A stretch of DNA of 64,000 bases, taken from positions 21,700,001 to 21,764,000 of the forward strand of contig OZ024756.1 in assembly GCA_964016885.1 (NCBI GenBank), given 5' to 3'. Position numbers and translations under genes: made by a program. The number at the start of each line of letters is the position of its first letter. The stretch's first letter is position 1. This document shows positions 30,517 to 44,786 of this stretch, one piece after another. A model generated the notes under the pieces. The model saw only the letters and a program-made list of their open reading frames with translations. It made no database searches and was not told the origin of the DNA. The DNA comes from Eledone cirrhosa (lineage: Eukaryota).

Positions 30517-31614
30517 TGTACACACAGACACACACACATACATATATAAGAGAAGGGAGGTAGGAGAACGCACTAGGTCTGTACATTGTTTACGAATTTC
30601 GTAAAAATGAGAGGCAGTTTGTCTCGACGGGATTCGAACTCAGAATGTAGAAACTGCATTCTATTCAATCGACTACTGACCTTGCCCATCCACCGCTTCA
30701 TATTAAATTATTTTATAATTATGTTATATCATTAATTCATACGATTTATGGCCTGTTACATAAGTCTCTACATATTCGATTTATTGAGTTTTTGAAATTA
30801 AGAACTGACATGATCTTCTTCTGTCATCTTACATATAAATCACTAGAAAGTTTGGGGGTGGACGGCACAGAATACCGTATCGACATAATATTAAGACTAC
30901 CATAGGAGAATACAGTAGTTCATATCTAGTTACTGGCGCTACCTAGAATCTGTCAACAAACCAGTTTATCTCACAGGTATTATATTTTACTGTTACTCTC
31001 GCTTTCGTCCCACTCAGAAAGTATTGTTAACTCCGGTGTGTAAAAAACACTGGCTCAAGATAGTTCCTGGTAAATACATTTAATTCTCATTAGCCCAATT
31101 TATCTTACTTTAGGTGGATAACACTGTGATAAAGTCCATTGTACTGTGGTCTATATTTGTGACACTGAACTCTCAATAATCCTGTTTTCCATGCTGTAAC
31201 AATTTACTGAGTGATTGTAAAGTTTAGTTCACTGTACTATGTACATAAATTAATAATTTTATATGTGATATAGCTATCTTCAAACAAGAATCTACCACCT
31301 TAAGGTATAAGTCATTGCACAATAGTTCATGTCCAACATACTCAACTATCTACATGACAATACAGAATGGAGAAGGAACATTTCATCCCTAAACGAAGTG
31401 AAAACTGTCTAAAAACGAGGTGTTTCATTGGTTGGTACTGTAAAATTCAAACTCTTCTCGGTAAAATGTTGACTGTGCGAGAGCAACATCCTATCGATTG
31501 AACTGACGTAAAAAATGATTTATTTCTGATAAGGTTAACACTACCAGTGACAGATACAAGCAGCATCGATGACGGTCAGTGAATAATGTTGATTTGGGGG
31601 TTTTTTTGTTATCG

Positions 31615-31805
31615 GCGCTAAACCAGCAAATTATGGGGAGGGGAAAATTGATTAAATCTTCTCAAGTATTTGACTGGTGTTTTATTTTATCAGCTTCGGA
31701 AGAATGAAAGGCAAATTTCAGCTCGGTGAAATTTGAACTGAAAACATAAAGAGATGGACCACACATCAGAAAACCATTTGTCTTATGCTCTAAAGACTCT
31801 ACCAA
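31615..31805 (-). mobile_element. Old diverged SINE family 1 copy
   Basis: aatgaaaggcaaatttcagctcggtgaaatttgaactg. Confidence 0.6.
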
Positions 31806-31810
31806 ACTTC

Positions 31811-31930
31811 CATCCACTGGCTAGCCGCAGGTATGAGCCCCGCGAGATCGAATGGCTCTTCCAGCGCATCTCCTTTACCATCCTCTAGAGAAACGCCTTC
31901 TCCATTCTGTCCGTCGGGGCCGTTGGGCGA
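31811..31930 (+). mobile_element. CRE-like (RLE-type) non-LTR retrotransposon C-terminal fragment
   Basis: RRYEPREIEWLFQRISFTIL*RNAFSILS, cf. the EPRE..WLFQR.S.A..RGNA.SIL terminal motif (from memory). Confidence 0.55.
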
Positions 31931-32064
31931 CCGCCACGTGGAACACCATTGCTCATAATACAGTTGGTGAGGGTAAGAGAGATGGAGGCAATGACAGTGG
32001 GAGTTCGGCTCTTCAGTGTTCGGACACATTCATCAATTCTATGTTGCTGCCTTCCTTAATATAA

Positions 32065-32182
32065 ATGTTTCTACTTTTGGCCCAAGGCCAGCAATTATTC
32101 CAGTGTATTACTGGTACTTTATTTTATCGACCCCGTAAGGATGAAAGGCAAAGTTAACCTCGGCAGGATTTGAACTCAGACC
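32065..32182 (-). mobile_element. SINE family 1 3' part
   Basis: Core and tail in reverse complement. Confidence 0.85.
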
Positions 32183-33290
32183 ATAAATTGCCTTCCTCAA
32201 TATAATAAAATTTATTGTGTATTAAGTTTAGAATTTAAAAAAAAAGACCCTGGTAACAGTGAACGGCGTACAGTGAACAATAGATAGTGTATATGGAAAA
32301 TTATATCGGTAACAGTGAACAATAAAAAAAAGTAGTGAACAAGATACAGTATGTAGAGAAGCGAAGGTGGTGGATGCATGTCGCCTTGTAATCTTAGTGA
32401 ACTGAATGTTAGGCTCAGGATCGTAAGGATTCGATACTCAAACCCAGTAGTGTGTTGTTACATTGAGCAAAGTATTCATTTCATATTTCTTCGTTCACCT
32501 CAGCTGAGTGAAATGAGTGCCAGCATCAGCTAGGGCTAATCATGTGACACACTGGCGTCCAATGGAGGATATAAGCTAAGTGGGTGTGTTTGGGGTTTAA
32601 TAACTTGCTTTCATTTGCTTAATGAATAAACTCTGACTAGTGAATTAAGCTCTGGCTGGCGAGATAATCTCTGACTGGCTCGACGAGCCGCAAGGAACGA
32701 GAAAGACTAAAGTGAACAACAGTGAGTAGAACGTAAGCCGTAGACGGTTGATTCTAAACAATCTATAATGGGCAATGAATAATACACCATGGACGATGAA
32801 TGAGTGTATATACAGATACAGATACATATATAGATACATACGTATTTGGCGGATCTCATGCTTCTCTTTCTTTCCTACACATTCTCCCTTGATCTTTTGA
32901 TCTATACCCAGCCGTCTCCTCAACTCTGTCGACCAAACTCTCTTTCCCTCTGTCAGCGCCTGCTAGTATATACGTGCGTATTCCTAATGTCCCCAGATAG
33001 CCAAGCTTAATAAATTATTAATTATAACAATTACCATAACCAGTGAACGGTGTAATGTAGTTGAAAGTTATAACAGATTCTCTATCTCACACACAAAGCG
33101 ACACACAGACTCGGACAGCTTCTACAATGTTAAATCATATGTCGTTGGCTGACGAATCATATATATGTATATTTCTATATTCATATATTCATACGTGTCT
33201 GTGTGTACGCATATGTGCATCTACATGTGTATTGACTTGTATACGCATATGTATTAATAAATACATAATTCATTTATATATGTGTGTGTG

Positions 33291-33340
<50 letters not shown>

Positions 33341-33343
33341 TGT

Positions 33344-33391
<48 letters not shown>

Positions 33392-33481
33392 ATATACGTA
33401 TGTGTACATCTATGTGTGAATATGTATATAAGTGTATATATGTGCATATGTATACCACCCATATATAAAATAAACAGCACA

Positions 33482-33654
<173 letters not shown>

Positions 33655-34323
33655 CTCCTACTATAGGGCATTGGCCATCACAAACAGTCGACAATATATC
33701 AATCATCAAGAATTCAGTATCTATTCGGCAGTGACTAAAACCTGCAGCGTTATTTAGCCTCATGGTGTTATCTGTAAATGTTGGAACACGTGTGTCATAT
33801 AGCAGCCGTATTACTCAGGATGCCTCTCGATAACAACTTCTACTAAATTAACTCATAATGAATTACGAATTAGGAAATAGCAAAATACTTCTCTCATGTA
33901 TCATTTTTACCCTGCAATTGAAATAATAATGTTATAACGATATATATATATATATTTATATATACATACTAAAATATGTATGTAAATATATATATATATA
34001 TGTATACACACACATAGTGCCCCCCCCCCCCCCCAAAAAAAAATAGAAAAAAAATGTACACATAATACAACAGTATTCTAATAAAAGTGTGTATGCATTT
34101 TTGGGTGTACACCCTGTATATATATATATATATATATTAAAATTTTTTTTTAAATTTTCTTATTTTACGTCTTTTATATTATTGTTCTGCATTCTCCTGC
34201 ATTGAACCACCTAGGTACTATGACATAACCTGTGCATTTGCTGGCATTAGCGTACATCTGTACGCATATGTTAGTAGATATACTAAATTCTCTGTATATA
34301 TATATATATATATATATGAATGT

Positions 34324-34436
<113 letters not shown>

Positions 34437-34823
34437 CACATAAACATATAAAGAGGGAGACGAGAGTTAGCCTATGATAATTGTTCTATATAAGTTATTA
34501 GTAGTATATTTGAGTCTCGCTGCAGTCATTTAATCCATCAGCTCATACACCAACTAGTTACTGACTCTGTGGCCACTCACGATTTAAACTTTAAACATTT
34601 GCTTAGTTGAACTCAAATGAAAGTGCCAAATTCATGTACGTAGGCACATACACACATATATATACAAACACACAAACACACATATATGTATGAATGTTTG
34701 TACAATCTACTGGTTAGAGTGTTTTATAATATATTTACAGTTTCTATCCATTTTGCTTATTTCCTTAGATAAACTAAAATTATACTGTTAAAGTCATGTG
34801 CGTAGACACGCACACATACAAAC

Positions 34824-34879
<56 letters not shown>

Positions 34880-34895
34880 TCTAACCAGTACATTG

Positions 34896-35043
<148 letters not shown>

Positions 35044-37239
35044 CACTATCGAAGATATAACTTCGATGTTGTATACCTAATATTTATATATATACATACA
35101 TACATACATACATACATACATACATACAATCTACTGGTTTGAATTCACCTTACAGCGTTTCATAATATATTTACAATCCCCTATCCCGGAGGTGTCTTTA
35201 GGGTATCTGTATAATAATGATCAAACGAAAATGTGATATTAGAAACGGTTCTTTTGCGATTTGATCAAATTAATGTATTTTTCTGCCGGCATTTTGAAAT
35301 TAAAATTTATTGCAAGGATGTATATATTGCTGAAAAGTTGCATATACCAGATGATATTGAATTTACTAATATTATTTTCTTTCAAATGCCATACATTACT
35401 TGATCATACTGTGCTTCACACTGTGGTTTGCTAGATTAGTAATTCAGACTGATATAGATTATCTAAGGGGCATATTTCTCTATTTTCTCTGATGCACGTT
35501 TATTTATTGGCATTCTAATGACTATTCACGAAGTTCTTGAGTGAGTTATTGGGTAGTATCGAGTGATAACGTGTGGCTATTCTCAACGAAGATATTCAGA
35601 ATATTATTTTTGCACTTATAGCTAACTTTTAAGTTTTACTGATTGAATAATTTGGAAAATATTTGACATATAAAGAAATATGTCTTAATCAGACTTTGAA
35701 GGCTGTTGGTAAGTAAAAATATCACATTAAGTCTGAATTGAAGACTAAATAATGTTACGTTACGATGACCTTTATTTTATTCTATTGGCTGAAGTTGATT
35801 CATGATTGAAAGTAAATGCCTTCATGAAATCACTATTATTCTGTGCTTTGTTGTTGTAGCTTGCTGTTCTATCGAATGTTCATTATGTATGATTGTATTT
35901 GCCATTAAGTTTATTTCATTAATGCAATCGTATGTATTTGTACCAACTTTCCTATATTAATATGTGATATTGTCCATTAAGTATTCACCACAATTGTCTT
36001 TCGTACACATTTGTGTTATCATATTTTTACGTGGAATGAGATGTTTTCATCTAGCACGAGAAGGTGTGCTATTCTATATTGAAACTATCTATCTTGGTTC
36101 GTTGATAATACTCAATACAAAGGAACAGTATAAAGGTAGTACTTCGTCTGTATTTGGGATCACATCAACAATGAAACAACAAAGAAACAGAAATTGATAA
36201 CTGTGTTGGTTATAGTTCAGCTGATAGCGTTTCGTAACTCAAAGATTCATATCGTTAATATGGCTTTAGGATATTCGTAAGATAACCAACAGATGAGAAT
36301 GCAAAACCAGGCCTGATGACCCCTCACCGTTGAATCTTATACTTCACAACATATCATTTTCAAGATCGGAACATACTTCAATACTTCAGCTTTGATTAGA
36401 TTCTGAAAATCACTTAACAGAAATCGGTTCTCTTTTCGACTTTTAGCCATTTCCATCTTATTTTCCTCTACCTGACTATAATAGTGGACACTTCTTTCTC
36501 ACAATGCCTTCTATATATATTCAAGTAGATCAGAAAATATCAATAAGCAATTAATATTTTCACGCTCCGATTATCAACAGTAATTAGGTAGTAATGGTCT
36601 GTTAAGCTTAATAATTTAACAGGATTTATTTTATTTACCACGAGTGTGAATTTAGCAAACCCAAAAACGAAAACGCAGAATGTATGTGAAAGCTAGTGAA
36701 ATAAAGAACAAATAAAATAAGAAATATCTCTAAAATTTCCACTCGAAATCTCGCAATAAATTCTCATGATTAATATCATTAAATTATGTGGACAATCTCT
36801 TTCGCTGTGATGTAAATAGTTTTGGAAAGGTTATTCAAGTATCCCTTGATTTTCAAGTATCCTTGGTTACAAAACATCATTTATGTCATTTATAGAGTTC
36901 TTCACATATATTTACCAACCGTAGATAACACCCCTTTGATATAAATAGGACTCTATTAAACAAGCACATTTTACTTCGTAGGCTATACAGAGAAGGGATT
37001 TGGGGCTTTTTATACAAACGAATAGTGTTGTTTACTGAATATATATAATTCAATTTATATGCATACATGCATGATCACGCAACTCCCAAGGCATTCGTAG
37101 GGGGTGTCATATCAACATACAGCGTTTCTAGGGCATTTTCAAGTCAGGTTTGAAAACAGCATGTTTCTTTCAGAGAAGGACAGAGAGTGAGAGATTGGAG
37201 TGAGAAAATGTCTTAGAGGAAATATTGGCTTTAATCCTA

Positions 37240-37380
37240 GACTGGTACTTTATTTTATCGACCACGAATGGATGAAAAGCGAAGTTGACCTCGGTGACAA
37301 ATAAACTCAGAAAGTATAGAACCGAAAGAAATACCACAAAGCAATCTATCCGATTTTCTAAAGACTACCAATTCGTCGCC
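37240..37380 (-). mobile_element. Diverged SINE family 1 copy
   Basis: ctggtactttattttatcgaccacgaatggatgaaaagcgaagttgacctcgg. Confidence 0.7.
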
Positions 37381-39538
37381 TATTTATATATTACTACATA
37401 ATTATCAATTCATATATTACTACATAATTCTGTAATGTCTGATCATAAACATTAAGTCTTCGATACGGATGGGTTACCACACAAAAATGGTTATTTTTTC
37501 TCTCAAAGCTATATCATATAATGTAGGCTGATGTTGTTGTTGTTTCAATCATCTATTGGACAAAATTATTTCCTCTCGTTTATAGTTTCTTTCGCTATCT
37601 GTAATTACCCACTTTGGGCAATAAGTCCTGCGTATAAAATGGTCCATTACCACTAAGTAAAAAAAAAAAAAATGTTTGCCGATTTGCCCTCAAGAAACTA
37701 AAGGGAATAGAGAGGCAGATTGTAGTTGTTGCTTCATCCATCTATTATGTACTACAGAACATGTTTTTATTTCGTTTATAGAATACTGAATACTTCAACT
37801 ACCTGTACATGCTGACTTTAGACATTATTGCATGGAAACCGACGCACCGTCGTTCTCACCCACTAACGAACACATTAAAATTTCTGACTTTCCTTCCAAG
37901 TTAAAGATTGCTTTTGTAACTTAGCAACTGATAAAGTAAGATTATAGGACATTACCATTCCATTTATAGAAAGAAACCGGAGAAATAACGCGCGTTCAAT
38001 GGCGTCTCCTTTTCATCTTAGTTTTGGAGAAACGTAAGTGTTTTTAACACATTGTTAAGTAGCGATGAATAGACTTAATGTTGTGAGCCGGGGAAATTCA
38101 ATCAATTAAAATTACACTCTTAATGAAAAGGAAACTCGTTTGCATTAATGATAGTTCCTACGGTGAAGGGTAAAGGAACGAATAAAGATTAGTCTCTTCT
38201 ATTTAACTCACAAAAAACCAAGAATGGAGCATGACAGCATAATTATTCGATATTTGGAACAAATGACTTGTTTATATTTCTTTTCATGTATTTGGTTTTA
38301 TATTTCATTGTTGATGTTGTTGTATACCCCTCAAATTCAGCCTTGATTAAGCAGAACTATAATCAAAGTTAGTCCAACCGTTATCATACCTTGGTTTTAT
38401 TTGATTTTATTATTTTATATCTATAAGGAACCAAAATATCCAACGTGTTTCTATTGAAGATGGTACGGCGTCATTTCGGGGTAATTTTCTTTCTTTTTTT
38501 TGCTGTTATTTCTAGCAGGTCTAGAGATCGCATAGAATCTTCCTTCTTGCCTCGTAGGTTATGTTACTTATTTATCCCATATATCATTACTTCACACTAC
38601 CGATTCAAGCTCCTTCTGCAGAAAGTTGCTCCGAGATTTGTAGCTTTATTAAGCTTATCTACCCATCTCTTGAGCTTTTTCAATAGTACATGAATGCATT
38701 ACTGTTTTCTGTTGTTTTTCATTGGGGTTAGTTACTACTTCGAAGAGCACCCTACTCTAAAATGAAATACAACGCATCACTGAGAGAAATGGTTAAAGTC
38801 CATTTCTTATCTACAGACCCTAGTCGGTGGACGGGGAAAGAAAAGACAACTCGGGAATTATCCAACGATCAGCGACCTTGTCTGAATACTTGCAACAGAG
38901 CGCATACTACGAAAGGCACACATTGATCTGGTGTGTCATGTTGAACTTATCCATAGATGAAGTGAGTCTGTCTAATCTATGAACAAACACAGTCCATATA
39001 CGATAGGTTTCTTTAAATTTTCCTTCTACCTAATTTTATTCAAAATTGTTTGCCACAAAGCGAGGCAAAGATCGTGGTTTTAAATTGGGTATTATACTAT
39101 TATATTAAATCTTGCCACAGAACTTCTCTTCAAGATATTACTTGATCAATAGAAAACAAAAAGAAAAGATATTAGTATTAGACAGATCATCAAAATTGAC
39201 AATCCATCATTAAAACAATACTTCCATTGACATATAACTAAAATCTCCAGTACGTTCACCTAACTAAAACAATATCTCATAAAGCCAGACGTTCTTCAAC
39301 ATATATGAAGGACACTTCTTGAGAAGGAGACACAACGGTTGACGACGCCATTGACGCTCTCAGGTAGAAGAGTTATGAAAGTGGTCAGTTAAAATATTGC
39401 AAAGATGTATAATGAAATTAGTGTCGTTTCACTTGATGTATAATGAAGTATCATTTCATTTGACATCCAGTCGCGTTCTCTGCTATCTCCTTTTGTTCGG
39501 AATCTTCATCTACTTTTGTTCGGAATCTTCATCTACTG

Positions 39539-39607
<69 letters not shown>

Positions 39608-39768
39608 ACACCAATCATGGAAGAAAAAATCCAAGTTGGTGACTCATAGAATAAATCTATTTATTAAGGGGGTCTAAACAATAACAACATAAAAACATAA
39701 AAACTCAACTTTCATGGTTTAATAAGAAACAACTGACAAGATCTATAGATCAATATAATATTTTAAAT

Positions 39769-39960
39769 CAGCAATGTCAAACATGCGGCCCTTTACAAGC
39801 ACACCTGCGGCCCGCACAGAGGTTTTTACAGCGCGAGTATGTTTTATCTTCGTAAGATTAGTTGTAATGTACGCAATTAGTTATCGTGTGTGGCCCTCAG
39901 ACAACACATATATGGCTATCCCCATGTGGCTATCGGAGGACACTCAGTTTGACATGTCTG
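39769..39960. mobile_element. 192-bp hAT (Charlie-type) MITE with 8-bp TSD
   Basis: TIRs cagcaatgtcaaac / gtttgacatgtctg; subterminal gcggccc/gtggccc motifs; TSD ttttaaat at 39761-39768 and 39961-39968. Confidence 0.9.
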
Positions 39961-40304
39961 TTTTAAATAATTTTAGATAAAACATCAATAACAATAACAC
40001 ACACAAATTATATAAGACCTTGCAGTGCGGCGAGGACAAGAAGAACTACGGCCGCCCCTAGGAGCATTTGATTTGGTGCATTTCATATTTGTTTCGGTTG
40101 CTGAATACAATCAGGGGTCGCTGCTTCTTCTGTAGGTCAATAGTCCTATTCCAACTCGAGCGGGAGCGCCTTTCCATTGTCAATTTGCATTGATCATCTG
40201 CAAAGCCACATTGTTCTCAGAACCCCTACACCAGTCTTTCGATGCGTGCAGCTGGAACTACTGCCACCCATTGATTTGGCAGGATTTAAAAAATTATTTT
40301 TATT

Positions 40305-40849
40305 TAGATGGCCGTTGACTCGTATGAGTTCTTCCGCCCTTTGTCAGGTTTTGTTTTTCGTCCTGCAGGGTGTCCAAAATCACCCCCTCACCAAGTAAAC
40401 TTGGTGAGGTTGCCGGTTTAGTCGCCGACGACCCGACCATGTCTCTCTTGAGTTGTCGTTCAAGACCGTAGCAAATATTTACAAAATAATTGTAGAAAAG
40501 TTCATATAGATGCAGGTTGTACTGGGTTTCATGCTACCAGTAGCTGGGTTACATGCTACCAGTAGCTGGGTTACATGCTACCAGTAGCTGGGTTACATGC
40601 TACCAGTAGCTGGGTTACATGCTACCAGTAGCTGGGTTTCATGCTACCAGTAGCTGGGTTACATGCTACCAGTAGCTGGGTTACATGCTACCAGTAGCTG
40701 GGTTACATGCTACCAGTAGCTGGGTTACATGCTACCAGTAGCTGGGTTACATGCTACCAGTAGCTGGGTTACATGCTACCAGTAGCTGGGTTACATGCTA
40801 CCAGTAGCTGGGTTACATGCTACCAGTAGCACTCAAGAATGACCTGATC
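40305..40849 (-). mobile_element. Element sharing the family R 5' end, carrying a 14 x 22-bp internal expansion
   Basis: The reverse complement reads tcaggtca...gtgctactggtagcatg...cccagtacaacctg...catggtcgggtcgtcggcgactaaaccggcaacc..., as at 19375-19565. Confidence 0.8.
40522..40829. repeat. 22-bp minisatellite x14 (ctgggttacatgctaccagtag)
   Basis: 308 bp = 14 units; no spacers. Confidence 0.97.
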
Positions 40850-41189
40850 ATAAAATTATATAAATGACAAGACAAAACCAATGAAATTAATTTGAAAGAT
40901 ACCTGAAAAATTAACAAAAGGGAATAATTGACTTGTTTACGATTCTTATATCAAATAACTTAAAATGTGTTTTATTTTTCTGTAACTGTTTTGAACTTTA
41001 TTTTTCATGTATTTATTCCGACTAACAAAGTTGCTTCAGTATATTTGCTACTACAATTAATCTTCCACCACACAACCAGCATCTATCCTCTTAACATTTC
41101 CATCTTGGTCACATTTAACTTTAACCTTTTCAAGACAAATGGTCTGTTACTTTAGATTCTTAATGGTAGAATAGTTATGGCCTTAGGTT

Positions 41190-41368
41190 AAAGAGGGTGC
41201 GGTAAGATACCAGGTGTACCATAACGCTTCAGAGTACACAATACTTAGGGTAGTAGAGTGGGTAATAGGAAAAGAGCCAGGACCCCGACGGCTGAGCTCT
41301 GGCCGTTTCGACAGTTAGTTCGGATCTCAGCCGGAGCTCAGCCGTCGGGGTCCTGACTCTTTTCCTAT
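41190..41368 (-). mobile_element. Hairpin-head element family A, copy e
   Basis: Arms at 41266-41367 plus tail; abuts (TA)n. Confidence 0.8.
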
Positions 41369-41797
41369 ATATATATATATATATATATGATACACACACA
41401 CACACATATATACATATATATGTATCGAGACATATTTGTCTGTCCACCTGCCTGTCTGTTTTATTCATAAAGATACTTCAGCTTTTAACGTCATTTACGT
41501 TATTGACCAATCAACGTCTTCATAGCCAATAACGGTTTTAGCACCATACCAATTCAATTCTATGTTGTTCAATATCGTCAAAATATCAATATCGATTAAA
41601 AAGCCGTCATGTTTCAACATTTCCTATCATCCTATACGGGAATACAGGAGAGTATTTTTTTTTTTTTATAAATCATACGAAATATCCATTACAAAAAAAA
41701 AAGACTACTACTACTACTACTACTACTCTCTTTCTCTCTTACTCTCTCCCACTCTCTCCCTCACTCTCTTATATATTTATATGGGTGCGTATATATG

Positions 41798-41990
41798 TAT
41801 AATGATTAATATAAGAATAGCTTCTACAGGACCAGAACTGTTTCATTCGAAGAAAATCATCAGGGCTTTCCTGATGATTTTCTTCGAATGAAACAGTTCT
41901 AGTCCTGTAGAAGTCATTTCTATATTAATCATTATATGCTCTATGTATTGAGTACCTTACCTACTGTGGTTACCCCGGACTGAACTCGGG
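41798..41990 (+). mobile_element. Fold-back element family B, copy 3 (67-bp arms 41798-41864 / 41870-41936) with hammerhead-like core
   Basis: Turn gcttt directly before cCTGATGA ttttcttcgaat GAAA cagtt; shared tail. Confidence 0.8.
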
Positions 41991-42129
41991 ATACACGCAC
42001 ACGTGTGTGTGATTAGATAGTGTGTGTGTGTGGGCTTAGTGGGTGCGTGTGTACGTATGTGTTTTTGTATGTGCATATACGTATGTACATACGGCAGTGT
42101 GCATGTCTATTTTCTCGCTGTATTTACGG

Positions 42130-42163
<34 letters not shown>

Positions 42164-42167
<4 letters not shown>

Positions 42168-42356
42168 ATGTTCAAGATCCCGACGGCAGAGCTCAAGCCG
42201 TTTCGACGGCTATTTCTGGTCCAGAAATTGCCGTCGAAACGGCTTGAGGTCCGCCTTCGGGATCTTGAACATTTTCCCATTATCCACTCTACTAGACTAA
42301 GTATTGAGTACTCTGGTGCGTTATGGTCCACCTGGTTCCTTACCACACTTCCTTCG

Positions 42357-42358
<2 letters not shown>
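42164..42358 (+). mobile_element. Hairpin-head element family A, copy f
   Basis: atgttcaagatcccgacggcagagctcaagccgtttcgacggc ... gccgtcgaaacggcttgag...gggatcttgaacat plus tail; TA-flanked. Confidence 0.8.
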
Positions 42359-42432
<74 letters not shown>

Positions 42433-42518
42433 GTATGTAAAAGGTAAACAGAAATAACAACACAATCGGTACAAATACTATAAATGAAAGTATACGATGC
42501 TACAAAGCTGGAAATAGA

Positions 42519-42568
<50 letters not shown>

Positions 42569-43147
42569 TTTATATAGAGCATTTTGTTAAACACTCAGAA
42601 ATTATGAGGAAATCTGTTATCGTATTTAAGGTTGAGGTCTCTGTAATCGCATATTTGGAAAGCTTCTTATTAATTATTTGACTGTTTGTGTTGCTTAGTT
42701 TCCCCTGTTTATATAACAAGTAGCTTTTTAGAGGCTTCTCATGATTCTTTTGTCCATTTTAAGCCTGAAATACATGAGCTGATGCTTCTTTTGAAAGGAA
42801 TCAATGTTAGTCGCCTCCATTACATGAATCTGTGGCCTTCTTCTTAACTATATTGTAGGATCTTCTTGTGTTGCTTTTTTTCTTTTTGATTTTGTTTTTG
42901 TTTTTGTTTTTGTTTTTCTTCTTCTTGCTTTAATATGATCCATAATTAATTCTATTGAGTGTGTGTGTGTGTGTGTGTGTGGTATAATGTGTGTGTGTGA
43001 GAGAGAGAGAGGGGAGGAGAGATCACGTGTGATGGAAATAGGCTGAAATAAATGTTTTGTATCTCATCTTACTAAACACGTTGTTTCGGAATAAAATCAG
43101 TCGAACATTCAATTGGTGAACAGGTTTCTCTTTTTTATATATATTGG

Positions 43148-43215
<68 letters not shown>

Positions 43216-44026
43216 GTGACGAGAGAGAGAGAGAGAGATATTGTGTGAGGGGGTAAGAGGAAGACGAGAGACAGAAAAAGAAAGATATATATATATATAT
43301 ATATATATACATTGAGTGAGGGGGGTAAGAGGAAAACTGAGGGAAGGTGAGAGACAGAGAAAGAGAGAAGGAAGAAAGAAATTATGTGAGAGGGTGAGGG
43401 TAAGGGGTAGACTGAGTGAAGGTGAGAGAAAGACAATTAAAGTGAGAGTAAGAGGAAGAATGTAAGTAGGTGAAAGAGACAAAGAAGTATTGAGAGAGAG
43501 AGTAAGATAGATAGATAAAGAGAGAGTAAGATAGATAGATAGAGAGAGTAAGATAGATAGATAGAGAGAGTAAGATAGATAGATAGATAGAGAGAGAGAG
43601 TCAGACTGACAGCCAGCGAAAACGAGAAACAGTGTTTCACATTGTTTTGGTAACAAACTTTGATATTCTTTCAAGTTTTTTTGTTTCGTCCGCCTCTGGC
43701 GAAGTCATAGTATTTACAATGAATTTTTCTACTCTAGGTTCAGTAAGTTGCCTAGAGTTGAATGCGTTTGATGCTTCCTTTCTATAAGAGTGTATCTAAA
43801 CAACAAAAGTTAAAAGGAAAGTTTTAAAAAGAAAAATAAGGGGGGAAAAAATAAAACCATTGGCCACAAGCATTGTATCCCCGCCCCCTCAGTATATGGA
43901 AGACTAAGTCAGGGAGAAAAGAAAAACCTCAAAATATGAAAAAAAAAAAACCCAAAACATTGTTAGCTGCTATTGAAATGTTGTCTTATTATGTATCGTA
44001 ATAACACGAATGTTCATTAAATATAT

Positions 44027-44177
44027 TAATTGTTCCTACTTTTGGCACAAGGCCAGCAATTATCCAGTGCATTACTAGTACTTTATTTTATCGACCCCGT
44101 AAGGATGAAAGGCAAAGTTAACCTCGGCGGGATTTGAACTCAGATCATACAGGGAGGTAATTCTATGCTTCAAAGCA
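44027..44177 (-). mobile_element. SINE family 1
   Basis: Core, B box and tail in reverse complement. Confidence 0.85.
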
Positions 44178-44222
44178 TTAAATATATTAATATGAGGAAA
44201 TGAAGTAAACATAGCATTATTT

Positions 44223-44722
44223 AGCCGGGAAGGGCAGGCAGTTTTTATCTGCCTGGTGGCCATGGAGAAAGAGGTCGTGTGGTGGACGCGTTTGAAAGGG
44301 CTGAAGACAAGCACTTACCTCTTCGGTGATGCCCTGATTAACTTTTCCGAATTTCATTTGAAATAGAAAATCAGGGTGGAGAGGGAATTATTCCCTTCCC
44401 AGCAATTTGTTGATAGATGGGTGAGAGAGACAAGCATGGCCCGAGTGAATCGGCCTGCTCTGAAAATGCGCTTGTAGATTGGAGGTGGAAAACTGGGAGA
44501 GGGCACTACCCTGTGGTCAGGGTCACCGTAGCTTTTTTAATGGGCTTTCTCCACAATTGACCCTCGGAAATCTCCCCTCCATTGGGGAATTTTCCTTTGT
44601 TAAATTTTTTGTTATTTCCTTTGTTATTGTTTATTTCTTTACACTCAGAAATACCCATTTGTACCATCTTGTACCGTCCTTAATGTTATACTTCGGGTCA
44701 GCCCTTGTGGCCAATAAAGAAA
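44223..44722 (+). mobile_element. L1/Tx1-like LINE 3' fragment
   Basis: SREGQAVFICLVAMEKEVVWWTRLKGLKTSTYLFGDALINFSEFHLK*KIRVERELFPSQQFVDRWVRETSMARVNRPALKMRL* (stop ends 44477); 3'UTR ends ccAATAAAgaaa. Confidence 0.75.
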
Positions 44723-44786
44723 CCATTGTTATTGTAACTATTATTATCATTATTATTATTATTATTATTATGGTTATCGTTATTAA

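Noticed and set aside
40020-40300. Possible RTE reverse-transcriptase remnant (EQCGF) on the minus strand
   Set aside because: A single short motif without reliable collinear support
40522-40829. CRISPR-like short repeat array (also 28418-28566)
   Set aside because: Units are contiguous with no unique spacers, the context is eukaryotic and there are no cas genes
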